A stretch of 64,000 nt of DNA from Deltaproteobacteria bacterium HGW-Deltaproteobacteria-6. Lineage in GTDB: Bacteria; Desulfobacterota; Syntrophia; Syntrophales; Smithellaceae. The stretch covers positions 202,696 through 266,695 of the forward strand of contig PHAT01000002.1 in assembly GCA_002840435.1 (NCBI GenBank). The letters run 5' to 3'. Under the pieces are notes generated by a model. The model was not told the DNA's origin, made no database searches, and saw only the letters and a program-made list of their open reading frames with translations. Position numbers and translations under genes: made by a program. Positions 15,947-24,396 of the stretch are shown piece by piece. Position 1 is the stretch's first letter. Each line of letters begins with the position of its first letter.

Positions 15947-16723
15947 ATGCTGATCGACTCCCATGCCCACCTGGAGATGAAAGAATTCGATTCGGACCGC
16001 CAGGACGTGATCGAACGCGCCAGGGTTGCGGGTGTTGACTGTATCGTTACGGTGGGAACCAATCCGGGCTTGAGCCGCAAGGCATTATCGATCGCCCGTC
16101 AATACGAAAACATTTATGCAACCGTCGGCGTTCATCCCCATGATGCGGCCGCGGCCTCCGATAAATCACTCGATGAACTGAAGGCGCTGGCCTGCGACCC
16201 GAAAGTTGTCGCCTATGGCGAAATCGGTCTGGATTATTTCCGCAATATCTCCCCGCGTGGCAAACAAACCGAGATCTTCGGCAAACAACTGGAATTGGCG
16301 AATGAACTGAACCTGCCGGTGATTATCCATGATCGCGACGCGCATGAAGAGACGCTCAGCATGGTAAAATCCTCGGGTATCCGCCTCGGTGTCTTTCATT
16401 GCTTTTCCGGCGACTGGGGCATGGCCAGACGATGCATTGATCTGGGTTTTTATATTTCAGTGCCGGGCGTCGTGACCTTCGACAAGTCCAAAGTACTGCA
16501 GGAGGTGGTGAGACAGGCGCCCCTTGATTCCCTTCTTTTGGAAACGGACTGCCCTTATCTGACACCCGTGCCTCATCGCGGGAAACGAAATGAACCTTCT
16601 TTCATCATCCATACGGCAAAGAAAGTTGCCGAAATAAAAGGCATGAACTGGGAAATCGTCGCCGAGAAGGCGGCGGTCAACACCCGGAAGCTTTTCCGCA
16701 TCGAATCCTCTCCCGCTAAATAG
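15947..16723 (+). CDS. tatD: TatD-family metal-dependent hydrolase/DNase
   Basis: 258 aa. N-terminal DSHAHL, then GEIGLDY, IHDRDAHE, FHCFSG, ETDCPYL - the canonical TatD metal-ligand blocks. Confidence 0.9.
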   Translation: MLIDSHAHLEMKEFDSDRQDVIERARVAGVDCIVTVGTNPGLSRKALSIARQYENIYATVGVHPHDAAAASDKSLDELKALACDPKVVAYGEIGLDYFRNISPRGKQTEIFGKQLELANELNLPVIIHDRDAHEETLSMVKSSGIRLGVFHCFSGDWGMARRCIDLGFYISVPGVVTFDKSKVLQEVVRQAPLDSLLLETDCPYLTPVPHRGKRNEPSFIIHTAKKVAEIKGMNWEIVAEKAAVNTRKLFRIESSPAK

Positions 16724-16763
16724 CCCGGGCGAATTTTTATAAAATCTGATAGACCATCTGACC

Positions 16764-17474
16764 ATGGACAAAGAATTCGATAAACCAATGAAGAAAGCCG
16801 TTGTTCTGCTCTCCGGCGGCGTTGATTCCGCCACCACGCTGGCTATCGCCCGGAACATGGGATTTGAGATATATGCGTTGAGTTTCCGTTACGGTCAACG
16901 CCATCTGGTCGAACTGGAAGCAGCCGCGCGTGTTGCCCATCGGGACCCGGTGGCGGAGCATCTGATTGTGGATATTGACCTGAGGCTCATTGGAGGTTCC
17001 GCATTAACCGGCGATCTGGCTGTTCCCAAAAGCCGCTCGGTGGAAGATATGGGGAAGGATATTCCGGCAACCTATGTTCCGGCGCGCAATACCATTTTTC
17101 TTTCTTACGCTCTGGCCTGGGCGGAGGTGGTCGGATCGTCTGATATTTTTATCGGTGTGAATGCTCTGGACTACAGCGGCTATCCCGACTGCCGTCCCGA
17201 GTATATCGAGGCTTACGGGCGCATGGCCAACCTGGCGACCAAAGCGGGTGTGGAAGGCCGGCAAAAATTAGAAATTCATACGCCGCTCATTCATTTGAGC
17301 AAAGCGCAGATTATCCGCAAAGGTGTGGAATTGGGCGTCGATTATGCTCTGACCCACAGTTGCTATGATCCGGGATCGGACGGCGCCGCCTGCGGCCAGT
17401 GCGACTCCTGCCTTTTACGGCTGAAAGGCTTTCATGAAGCGGGGCTTGAAGATCCGGTAAAATACAGGCTATAG
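16764..17474 (+). CDS. queC: 7-cyano-7-deazaguanine (preQ0) synthase QueC
   Basis: 236 aa. PP-loop [11 protein letters not shown] and a C-terminal Zn cluster CYDPG...[10 protein letters not shown]. The start could alternatively be the ATG at 16788 ([11 protein letters not shown]). Confidence 0.9.
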   Translation: MDKEFDKPMKKAVVLLSGGVDSATTLAIARNMGFEIYALSFRYGQRHLVELEAAARVAHRDPVAEHLIVDIDLRLIGGSALTGDLAVPKSRSVEDMGKDIPATYVPARNTIFLSYALAWAEVVGSSDIFIGVNALDYSGYPDCRPEYIEAYGRMANLATKAGVEGRQKLEIHTPLIHLSKAQIIRKGVELGVDYALTHSCYDPGSDGAACGQCDSCLLRLKGFHEAGLEDPVKYRL

Positions 17475-17627
17475 ACTGAAGGCCGAAGGCTGAAGGACAA
17501 ATACTTGGATGTGGTGCGAGGGACAACGGAACAGAGTCAAAAAAATATAAAAACATAAGGCATAAAGGCACCGTGTTAAACCTATTAAGGATTGAAGTAT
17601 TTTGCCTTCGGTCTTCAGCCTTCAGCC
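17474..17627. repeat. Heptad-armed inverted-repeat element (family 1, copy 2) between queC and queE
   Basis: The left arm GA-CTGAAGG-CCGAAGG-CTGAAGG-AC starts on the last base of the queC stop codon. The right arm G-CCTTCGG-TCTTCAG-CCTTCAG-CC ends 10 nt before the queE ATG. An inner AAATACTTGGAT / ATTGAAGTATTT pairing extends the stem. Confidence 0.8.
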
Positions 17628-17637
17628 TAAAGGGCTT

Positions 17638-18267
17638 ATGTATTCTGTTAAAGAAATATTTTACTCGATTCAGGGGGAAGGCTATTACAGCGGCCGTCCG
17701 GCGGTCTTTTGCCGTTTTGCAGGCTGCAACTTATGGTCGGGAAAAGAAGAAGATCGAAAAGATGCACTCTGTCCGTTTTGTGATACGGATTTTGCCGGGA
17801 CGGACGGTACGGACGGGGGGGTGTATGAAACCGCAGGTCTGTTGGTCCGGAAAATATCTCAGCACTGGCCGCAATCAAATGGCCGTCGGTTTGTGGTTTG
17901 CACGGGCGGAGAACCGTTGCTGCAAGTCGATGATGCATTGATTGCCGCCCTGCGTGAAGAGAAATTTGAAATTGCCGTGGAGACCAACGGTACGATCGTC
18001 GCGCCCGCAGGCATCGACTGGATTTGCGTCAGTCCCAAGGCCGGCGTTGAATTGGCGCAGTCCGGCGGAGATGAGTTAAAACTTGTTTATCCGCAGGACG
18101 GAGCTTTACCGGAAAAATACACAAGCCTGAATTTTCGGCATTTTTTTCTGCAGCCGATGGACGGCGTTGCCAGGGAAGAGGCCACAAGGCAGACATTAGA
18201 ATATGTTCTGGCGCATCCGCAGTGGCGAATCAGTTTGCAGTTGCATAAAATATTAGGTGTTCGATAA
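17638..18267 (+). CDS. queE: 7-carboxy-7-deazaguanine synthase QueE (radical SAM)
   Basis: EIFYSIQGEGYYSGRPAVFCRFAGCNL...CPFCDT carries a radical-SAM cluster of the CX14CX2C type. I chose the ATG at 17638 (MYSVKEIF...) because the track's upstream start lies inside the repeat element. Confidence 0.9.
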   Translation: MYSVKEIFYSIQGEGYYSGRPAVFCRFAGCNLWSGKEEDRKDALCPFCDTDFAGTDGTDGGVYETAGLLVRKISQHWPQSNGRRFVVCTGGEPLLQVDDALIAALREEKFEIAVETNGTIVAPAGIDWICVSPKAGVELAQSGGDELKLVYPQDGALPEKYTSLNFRHFFLQPMDGVAREEATRQTLEYVLAHPQWRISLQLHKILGVR

Positions 18268-18277
18268 GGAATCAAAA

Positions 18278-18637
18278 ATGGAAATTTATAAAGTGTTCAA
18301 ATTTGATGCGGCCCACCATCTGCCCCGTGTTCCGGCGGGCCACAAATGCGCCAAGGTGCACGGCCATTCTTTCCGCGTCGAAATTCATCTTCGGGACAAG
18401 ACCGATCCCCGCACCGGCTGGGTAATGGATTTTGCCGGCATCACGGCGGCTTTTGACCCCATTCTGGATCAGCTGGATCACAAGAATTTAAACGACATCG
18501 AAGGCCTGGAAAATCCGACCTCGGAGAACCTGTGCCGGTGGATCTGGCAGCGTCTTTTGCCTGCGCTTCCGCAACTGTGCAGGATCGTCGTTCAGGAAAG
18601 TCCCGAATCCGGCTGCATCTATGAAGGGGATGAATAA
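18278..18637 (+). CDS. queD: 6-carboxy-5,6,7,8-tetrahydropterin synthase QueD
   Basis: About 119 aa with FKFDAAHHL and CAKVHGHSF (Zn/His motif) and C-terminal ENPTSENL. ATG at 18278. Confidence 0.9.
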   Translation: MEIYKVFKFDAAHHLPRVPAGHKCAKVHGHSFRVEIHLRDKTDPRTGWVMDFAGITAAFDPILDQLDHKNLNDIEGLENPTSENLCRWIWQRLLPALPQLCRIVVQESPESGCIYEGDE

Positions 18638-18646
18638 AATATTCAT

Positions 18647-18746
18647 TTAATCCCGCTTAAGGGCGACGAGCATTAATCCGCCGCAGCTATTGCGACATGA
18701 AAACGTTCATTGCATACCCGGACAGCTTGCTGCGGGGTGGCTGATT
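18647..18746. repeat. 100-nt intergenic repeat (family 3, copy C)
   Basis: By eye it is about 70-75% identical to 37907-38007 in the same orientation (shared TTAATCCCGCT..GACGAGC.TTAAT..CCG.AGCT..TGCGA..ACGTTCATT..GACAG.TTGCTGCG.GGTGG.TGATT). There is an internal inverted repeat AATCCGCCGCAGC / GCTGCGGGGTGGCTGATT. Confidence 0.75.
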
Positions 18747-18784
18747 TAAAAAAATTGCTTTTTGAAAGTTAATGTATTAATTTT

Positions 18785-18882
18785 TGTCCGTGGGGTGCCA
18801 TATATTCCGGTTTACGGAACCTATGGCTGAGAATACACCCTTTGAACCTGACACGGGTAATGCCGGCGTAGGGAATGGCGAT
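18785..18882 (+). promoter_or_regulatory. TPP (THI-box) riboswitch
   Basis: Contains the near-invariant core GGGGTGCC...GGCTGAGAATACACCCTTTGAACCTGACACGGGTAATGCCGGCGTAGGGAA, followed by a terminator and then thiamine genes (TPK, thiD, thiC). Boundaries are approximate to about 5 nt. Confidence 0.9.
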
Positions 18883-18899
18883 CTAAAAAACCAGTTTGA

Positions 18900-18936
18900 G
18901 CCATATCCTTTTCAGGTAAAGGGATATGGCTTTTTT
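18900..18936 (+). terminator. Intrinsic terminator forming the expression platform of the TPP riboswitch
   Basis: GCCATATCCTTT-tcaggt-AAAGGGATATGGC followed by TTTTTT. Confidence 0.8.
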
Positions 18937-19099
18937 AGTGAAACTTCAATTCCGCGTAGTGGAAATGAAGTTTCACTAATGAGACTCCAACAGGGCAAGC
19001 GCAGCGCAGTCTTGTTGGTCAGTCGAATTATCCCGTAGCCAAAGGCTATCGGGGTTATCCCGCAAAGCGGAGGGCGCAAGCCCGTGATTGGGGACAGTT

Positions 19100-19771
19100 A
19101 TGCATCAACACATTGTTATCGTCAGCGGCGGGCGTCTGGGGGATATGAATTTCTTCCGGACGAAGGTGGAGCAAACAGATAATCGCTTGCTGATCTGCTG
19201 TGACGGCGGCGCCCGCCATCTGACGGTTGCCTCGATAATACCGGATGTGCTGGTGGGGGATATGGATTCCCTCGACCCGGAGCAACTGACGCGTTTTGAA
19301 CGTCTGGGTGTGAACATCATCCGGTATCCGGTCAACAAGGATTTTACCGATACGGCGCTGGCGCTTGATTATGCAATGTCCCTCCAGCCGGAAGCGATTG
19401 ATATCTGGGGCGCACAGGGCGGAAGAATAGATCATGCCCTGGCGAATCTTTTCTTACTGCTCAGAGGCAAGGAAGCGGGGATTAAAACCCGCCTGCTGGA
19501 TGAATACTGTGAAATGTTTATTGCGGACAGTGAGGTTGCCTTTGCGGACTTAACGGGCTGTCTGGTTTCGCTCATCGCACTTTCTCCCGAAGTGAAAGGT
19601 GTTACGCTTCAGGGATTCCTCTATCCGCTTAACGAAGCGACATTGAGCATGTCCGAGTCAAGAGGCGTCAGCAATATCATTCAGGCCGAACAGGCCTGCA
19701 TTCGCGTCCGCTCGGGTCATCTGCTGGTGATCCGCTACCGGCAAAAAGATGTTTTTCCGGAGGCGAACTAA
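19100..19771 (+). CDS. Thiamine pyrophosphokinase
   Basis: About 223 aa with IVIVSGG, CCDGGARHL and VGDMDS (the TPK GDxDS motif), then IDHALANL. I prefer the ATG at 19100 to the track's GTG at 19088. Confidence 0.8.
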   Translation: MHQHIVIVSGGRLGDMNFFRTKVEQTDNRLLICCDGGARHLTVASIIPDVLVGDMDSLDPEQLTRFERLGVNIIRYPVNKDFTDTALALDYAMSLQPEAIDIWGAQGGRIDHALANLFLLLRGKEAGIKTRLLDEYCEMFIADSEVAFADLTGCLVSLIALSPEVKGVTLQGFLYPLNEATLSMSESRGVSNIIQAEQACIRVRSGHLLVIRYRQKDVFPEAN

Positions 19772-19775
19772 AGTG

Positions 19776-20576
19776 ATGAGGCCGTTTAAAGTCTTATGTA
19801 TTGGAGGATCCGATTCCGGCGGAGGCGCGGGCATTCAGGCGGACCTGAAGGCTGTGAGCGCCTGCGGCTGTTACGGCACGAGCGCGATTACGGCGTTGAC
19901 CGCGCAAAACACACGCGGCGTTCAGGGGATTCTTCCGGTGCCGCCAAAATTCATTGCGGCGCAATTGGATGCCGTGTTGAGCGATATCGGCGCGGATGCC
20001 GTGAAGACCGGCATGCTTTTAACAGCAGGTGCGGTTCATGCCGTTGTCCGTAAGGTTGAACAATACGGGCTTTCGAATCTGGTGGTCGATCCGGTCATGA
20101 TTGCCAAGGGCGGTTGCACCATGATGCAGGAGGCGGCGCTAAAGGCGATCATCAAAAAGCTGCTGCCGCTGACGGGGGTTCTTACCCCGAATGTACCCGA
20201 AGCGGAATCTCTGGCGCACATGAAAATCCGATCGATTGCCGGCATGAAGAAAGCTTGCACCATTATTTCGGATCTTGGTGTGAAAAATGTGATCATTAAG
20301 GGAGGGCATCTGTCGGGCAGAAGGACTGCGGGCAGTATAGATGTGCTTTATGACGGGAAACAATATTATGAGTTTCCGGCAGATTGGATCAAAACAAAGA
20401 ACACACATGGCACCGGCTGTACGTTTGCCTCTGCGCTCGCCGCAAATATTGCTCAGGGTAAAACGATTGTGGAGTCGGTAGAGCAGGCGAAAAGGATTGT
20501 GACAGAGGCGATTGCCAACTCGCTTTTCGTGGGAAAAGGTCACGGGCCGGTGAATGTTTTTGGAAAAATGTATTAA
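19776..20576 (+). CDS. thiD: Hydroxymethylpyrimidine/phosphomethylpyrimidine kinase ThiD
   Basis: VLCIGGSDSGGGAGIQADLK, DPVMIAKGG, and THGTGCTFASALAA near the C-terminus. GGAGG lies 12 nt upstream of the ATG at 19776. Confidence 0.9.
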   Translation: MRPFKVLCIGGSDSGGGAGIQADLKAVSACGCYGTSAITALTAQNTRGVQGILPVPPKFIAAQLDAVLSDIGADAVKTGMLLTAGAVHAVVRKVEQYGLSNLVVDPVMIAKGGCTMMQEAALKAIIKKLLPLTGVLTPNVPEAESLAHMKIRSIAGMKKACTIISDLGVKNVIIKGGHLSGRRTAGSIDVLYDGKQYYEFPADWIKTKNTHGTGCTFASALAANIAQGKTIVESVEQAKRIVTEAIANSLFVGKGHGPVNVFGKMY

Positions 20577-20592
20577 TATTTTGGAGGAAAAA

Positions 20593-21864
20593 ATGACACA
20601 GTTGGAAAAAGCACGCCAGGGGATCATTTCAGAAGAGATGAAAATCTGCGCGGCGGAAGAAGGCGTTGAGGGAGAGTTTATCCGGCAGGGCATGGTGGAT
20701 GGAAATATCGTGATTTGCCGCAATGTGAACCATACGGGAATCAAACCGCTGGCGATAGGACTTGGTTTGCGCACCAAAGTCAACGCCAATATCGGGACAT
20801 CCAGGGACAATAATGATTTGGCCGTTGAATTGGAAAAATTAAAAATTGCCGCGGCGGCAGGGGCCGACGCGGTGATGGATCTTTCTACCGGCGGCAATCT
20901 GGCGCAAATCCGCAAAGCGGTGATGGAACAAGCTACCGTGGCCATCGGGACGGTGCCGATTTATCAGGCCGCGGTAAAAATTCTGGACGAGAAAAAAGCG
21001 ATTTCCGAAATGACGGCGGAAGATATGTTTGCCGTGATCGAGGAAAACGGCCGCGACGGCGTCGACTTCATTACCGTGCACTGCGGCGTCAATCGCCTGA
21101 GTGTGGCTGCAGTCGAGGCGCAGGGAAGGGTCCTGGGCATCGTCAGCCGGGGTGGTTCCATGACAGCCAACTGGATGCACTGCAACAAGCGGGAAAATCC
21201 GCTTTATGAGGAATACGACCGGCTGCTCGAAATCGCGCACCGCTATGACATGGTTTTGAGTCTGGGTGACGGTTTGCGCCCGGGAGCCACCGATGACGCG
21301 ACCGACCGGGGACAATTGCAGGAGCTGATCATTCTGGGCGAGCTCGCGGCCCGCGCCCGTAGGAAAGGCGTACAGGTCATGATTGAAGGTCCGGGACATG
21401 TGCCGATTACCGAAGTGGAGGCCAATATCAAACTTCAGAAGAAAATATGTCAGGGCGCTCCGTTTTATGTTCTGGGACCGCTGCCCACGGACATCGCGCC
21501 CGGTTACGACCATATCACCTCCGCGATCGGCGGGGCGATTGCCGGAGCCGCCGGAGCTGATTTTCTCTGCTACGTAACGCCGGCAGAACATCTGCGTCTG
21601 CCTTCGCTTGCCGACGTCCGCGACGGCGTTATTGCCGCGCGGATTGCCGCCCATATCGCGGATATTGCCAAGGGCGTCAAAGGGGCGCGTGAGCGGGACC
21701 GGAAAATGTCCGAGTGCCGGAAAAATTTCGACTGGCAGGGACAGGTGGATTTATCCATCGATCCGGAAAGAACCGTCGCGCTTCTGGAAAAAAGCAAGAG
21801 CGCTCAGGATGAAGGCTGCTCGATGTGCGGCGAGTTTTGCGCAATCAAATTAGGCAAACGATAA
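20593..21864 (+). CDS. thiC: Phosphomethylpyrimidine synthase ThiC (short form)
   Basis: About 423 aa with blocks NANIGTS, DAVMDLSTGG, TVPIYQA, VDFITVHCG, VMIEGPGHVP and the C-terminal Fe-S motif CSMCGEFCAIK. GGAGG lies upstream of the ATG at 20593. Confidence 0.95.
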   Translation: MTQLEKARQGIISEEMKICAAEEGVEGEFIRQGMVDGNIVICRNVNHTGIKPLAIGLGLRTKVNANIGTSRDNNDLAVELEKLKIAAAAGADAVMDLSTGGNLAQIRKAVMEQATVAIGTVPIYQAAVKILDEKKAISEMTAEDMFAVIEENGRDGVDFITVHCGVNRLSVAAVEAQGRVLGIVSRGGSMTANWMHCNKRENPLYEEYDRLLEIAHRYDMVLSLGDGLRPGATDDATDRGQLQELIILGELAARARRKGVQVMIEGPGHVPITEVEANIKLQKKICQGAPFYVLGPLPTDIAPGYDHITSAIGGAIAGAAGADFLCYVTPAEHLRLPSLADVRDGVIAARIAAHIADIAKGVKGARERDRKMSECRKNFDWQGQVDLSIDPERTVALLEKSKSAQDEGCSMCGEFCAIKLGKR

Positions 21865-21891
21865 ATAAAAGGGTGCTTTGAGGAGCTCGTA

Positions 21892-23238
21892 TTGGACCTG
21901 GCCTTTGAAAAAGCCGCCGAAAGCAAACGCCGCACAGCCGAGGTCATTGTGCGTCGTCTGAAGGAAGCCGGATTTGAAGCCTATTTCGTAGGCGGTTGCG
22001 TCCGGGATTTTATCCGCGGCAAGGTTCCCGGCGATTATGATATTGTAACATCCGCCCTGCCCGATCAGGTGATCCATCTGTTTGAGCGCACCGTTGCCGT
22101 CGGCGCCAAATTCGGTGTGGTCGTGGTGATGGAAGGCGGGCATTCCTGTGAAGTGGCTACTTTTCGCAGCGACGACGTGTACGAAGACGGACGCCGGCCC
22201 TCCCAGGTTCACTTTTCATCCGCCCGGGAAGATGTTTTCAGACGGGATTTCACCGCTAACGGCCTGTTAATGGATGCCGTGACGGGAGAGATTATTGATT
22301 ACGTGGACGGCCGCGCCGATATTCAAAAGAAAATCATTCGCACGATCGGCGATCCGGCTCACCGTTTCAATGAAGACTATTTGAGAATGATGCGGGCAAT
22401 CCGTTTTGCCGCTAATCTGGATTTTGCCCTGGACGAAGCGGCGAAAGATGCCATTACCCGGAATGCGGCCAAGATAAAAGAAATCAGCGCGGAACGTGTG
22501 CAGGAGGAATTAAATAAAATGCTCACGCGCGGCGGCGCAAGGCGGGGCTTTGAATTAATGGCCGAAACGGGCATCCTCAGGCAGGTATTGCCGGAAGTGG
22601 ATGGTATGCGCGGGGTGGCGCAGCCGCCTCGTTTTCATCCGGAAGGCGATGTCTGGCAGCACACGTTAATCATGCTGGATATATTATCCATGGAAGATAA
22701 ACCCGAAGCCAATGCGGTGCTCGCCTGGGGGGTGCTGTTGCATGATGTCGGCAAGCCCGTAACAAGGACGGAAGATGAAAACGGCGTCCATTTCTACGGG
22801 CATGTGAAGCTGGGAGAAACCATCGCCGACGCTTTGATGCGGCGGCTGCGATTCTCCCGCGCCGACCGGGAAACGGTTCTGAGCTTAATTCATCAGCACA
22901 TGGTTTTCATGAACGTACAGCAAATGCGGCCGGCCCGTCTGAAACGATTTCTGCGGATGCCGGATTTTAATCTGCACCTGCAATTGCATCGACTGGATTG
23001 CCTGGCCAGCCACGGGATGCTGGACAATTATGATTTCTGCCTTGAGCGGTTGCAGAATATGGAGCAGGAGGAGCTGCATCCGCCGCGGTTGTTGACCGGT
23101 GATGATTTGCTGGCGATGGGCTTTTCTCCGGGAAAGCTGATGGGGGAGGTCTTGCGGGCGCTGGAAGAAGAACAGCTGGAAGACAGAATCCATACCAGGG
23201 AAGAGGCGGCGGCCTTTGTGCGAACCCGCTGGAAATGA
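21892..23238 (+). CDS. cca: CCA-adding tRNA nucleotidyltransferase with HD domain
   Basis: 448 aa. Pol-beta motif YFVGGCVRDFIRG...DYDIVT, RRDFTANGL, and HD motif LLHDVGKP. The start codon is TTG as in the track, so the start is uncertain. Confidence 0.85.
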   Translation: MDLAFEKAAESKRRTAEVIVRRLKEAGFEAYFVGGCVRDFIRGKVPGDYDIVTSALPDQVIHLFERTVAVGAKFGVVVVMEGGHSCEVATFRSDDVYEDGRRPSQVHFSSAREDVFRRDFTANGLLMDAVTGEIIDYVDGRADIQKKIIRTIGDPAHRFNEDYLRMMRAIRFAANLDFALDEAAKDAITRNAAKIKEISAERVQEELNKMLTRGGARRGFELMAETGILRQVLPEVDGMRGVAQPPRFHPEGDVWQHTLIMLDILSMEDKPEANAVLAWGVLLHDVGKPVTRTEDENGVHFYGHVKLGETIADALMRRLRFSRADRETVLSLIHQHMVFMNVQQMRPARLKRFLRMPDFNLHLQLHRLDCLASHGMLDNYDFCLERLQNMEQEELHPPRLLTGDDLLAMGFSPGKLMGEVLRALEEEQLEDRIHTREEAAAFVRTRWK

Positions 23239-23267
23239 CAAGACCGCCGAGCGACAGGTAAACCCTA

Positions 23268-24041
23268 ATGGTGAAATTGAAAAAAAACTGTTTGAGTCTT
23301 GCGATGTTCTTGATTGTCGCGCTGTTGCTGCAATCGTGCGCGAGCCGGGGAGCGAAGGTGCAGCCTGTTTCACCCCGGCCGCAAAAACGGCAGCTGGCCA
23401 TGATGGGCCACACCATCCAGGCGGGCGCTTTTGCGCAGGTGGAAAACGCCGTGCGCCTGACGGAAAAACTTAAAGGCCAGGGACTTTCCGCCACCTATTT
23501 CAAAGCAGCCGACGGGCTGTTTAAAGTACGGTTCGGCAATTTCTCATCGAAAGAAAAGGCGCGGCTTCGGGCCCAATCGCTGCAAAGTGCGGGGGTGATC
23601 GAAGCATTCTATATTGTGCTGCCGGAAGATTCCGCCGCGGCAAAGCGCAAGCAGTATGGCGAAGATTATTTAAGAGAGTCGCTGGTCAAATCGGCGCGGG
23701 ACTTTATCGGCGTGCCTTATCTGTGGGGCGGCGTGTCCGCTGAGAAGGGATTTGACTGCAGCGGCCTGACCATGACGGTCTATCAGTTGAATGGTCTGGA
23801 TCTGCCGCGGCATTCGCGAACGCAGTATGATGCGGGCGATACGATTGACCGGCGCGATCTGCAGAAAGGCGACCTGGTTTTTTTTGCAACGCGCGGGCAG
23901 GGAAAAATATCGCATGTGGGCATTTATATCGGTGACGGTCAGTTCATCCATGCGCCGTCGCGCGGTAAAAAAATCCGGATAGACTCTCTGTCTGCGGAAT
24001 ATTATGTCCGCCATTATGTCGGCGCAAAAAAATATTTATAA
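23268..24041 (+). CDS. Lipoprotein with SPOR domain and NlpC/P60 (C40) peptidoglycan endopeptidase domain
   Basis: Lipobox LLLQSC|AS. SPOR-like HTIQAGAFAQVENAVRL...FKVRFGNFSSKEKA. NlpC/P60 catalytic block GVPYLWGGVSAEKGFDCSGLTMTVY...ISHVGIYIGDGQFIHAP. Confidence 0.85.
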   Translation: MVKLKKNCLSLAMFLIVALLLQSCASRGAKVQPVSPRPQKRQLAMMGHTIQAGAFAQVENAVRLTEKLKGQGLSATYFKAADGLFKVRFGNFSSKEKARLRAQSLQSAGVIEAFYIVLPEDSAAAKRKQYGEDYLRESLVKSARDFIGVPYLWGGVSAEKGFDCSGLTMTVYQLNGLDLPRHSRTQYDAGDTIDRRDLQKGDLVFFATRGQGKISHVGIYIGDGQFIHAPSRGKKIRIDSLSAEYYVRHYVGAKKYL

Positions 24042-24298
24042 TCTCATGACTCGAATTTCAGCGTCAAAAAAATAGATCGTTCTTGAAAAATCTCCGCAAA
24101 ATACTTTATTATTATAAATGTCCAAACGGCTATGAAGCCCTGTAAGCATCACTGTGACTGAGTTACAGCGTTTGTGAAAGCAATATTGTTTTCCGCAAAC
24201 GGTTGGCGTTGTGTTGTTTGAAATTTTTTTTGATGAAAAAAAATTCTTCGCGCGTCGGAATAAAAAATTAAAAAAACAAAATATTTTTATAGTTTTTG

Positions 24299-24327
24299 TT
24301 GACCGGAAGGAAAAAATAAAGTAAAAT
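24299..24327 (+). promoter_or_regulatory. Sigma70-type promoter of the histone-like gene, preceded by long A/T tracts
   Basis: TTGACC (24299-24304), a 17-nt spacer, then TAAAAT (24322-24327). The upstream 100 nt is dominated by A- and T-tracts (UP-element-like or curved DNA). Confidence 0.55.
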
Positions 24328-24396
24328 CAGGCCACATAAGTCAGATTACTAATTCTGCAAAGAAAAAGTAAACTCAATTAAAGGAGGCTAAACCCA

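Noticed and set aside
17573-17941. 122-aa plus-strand ORF and the long form of queE starting at 17602
   Set aside because: Both starts lie inside the heptad inverted-repeat element. The 122-aa ORF is out of frame with queE, and the canonical queE N-terminus begins at 17638.
18784-19038. 84-aa plus-strand ORF in the track
   Set aside because: It is made of the TPP riboswitch, its terminator and the following hairpins. It has no RBS and a non-protein-like sequence.
20139-21654. Minus-strand ORFs of 268 aa and 271 aa
   Set aside because: They are antisense to thiD and thiC, whose plus-strand translations carry unambiguous signatures. The products are Arg/Pro/Ser-rich, typical of antisense frames in GC-rich coding DNA.
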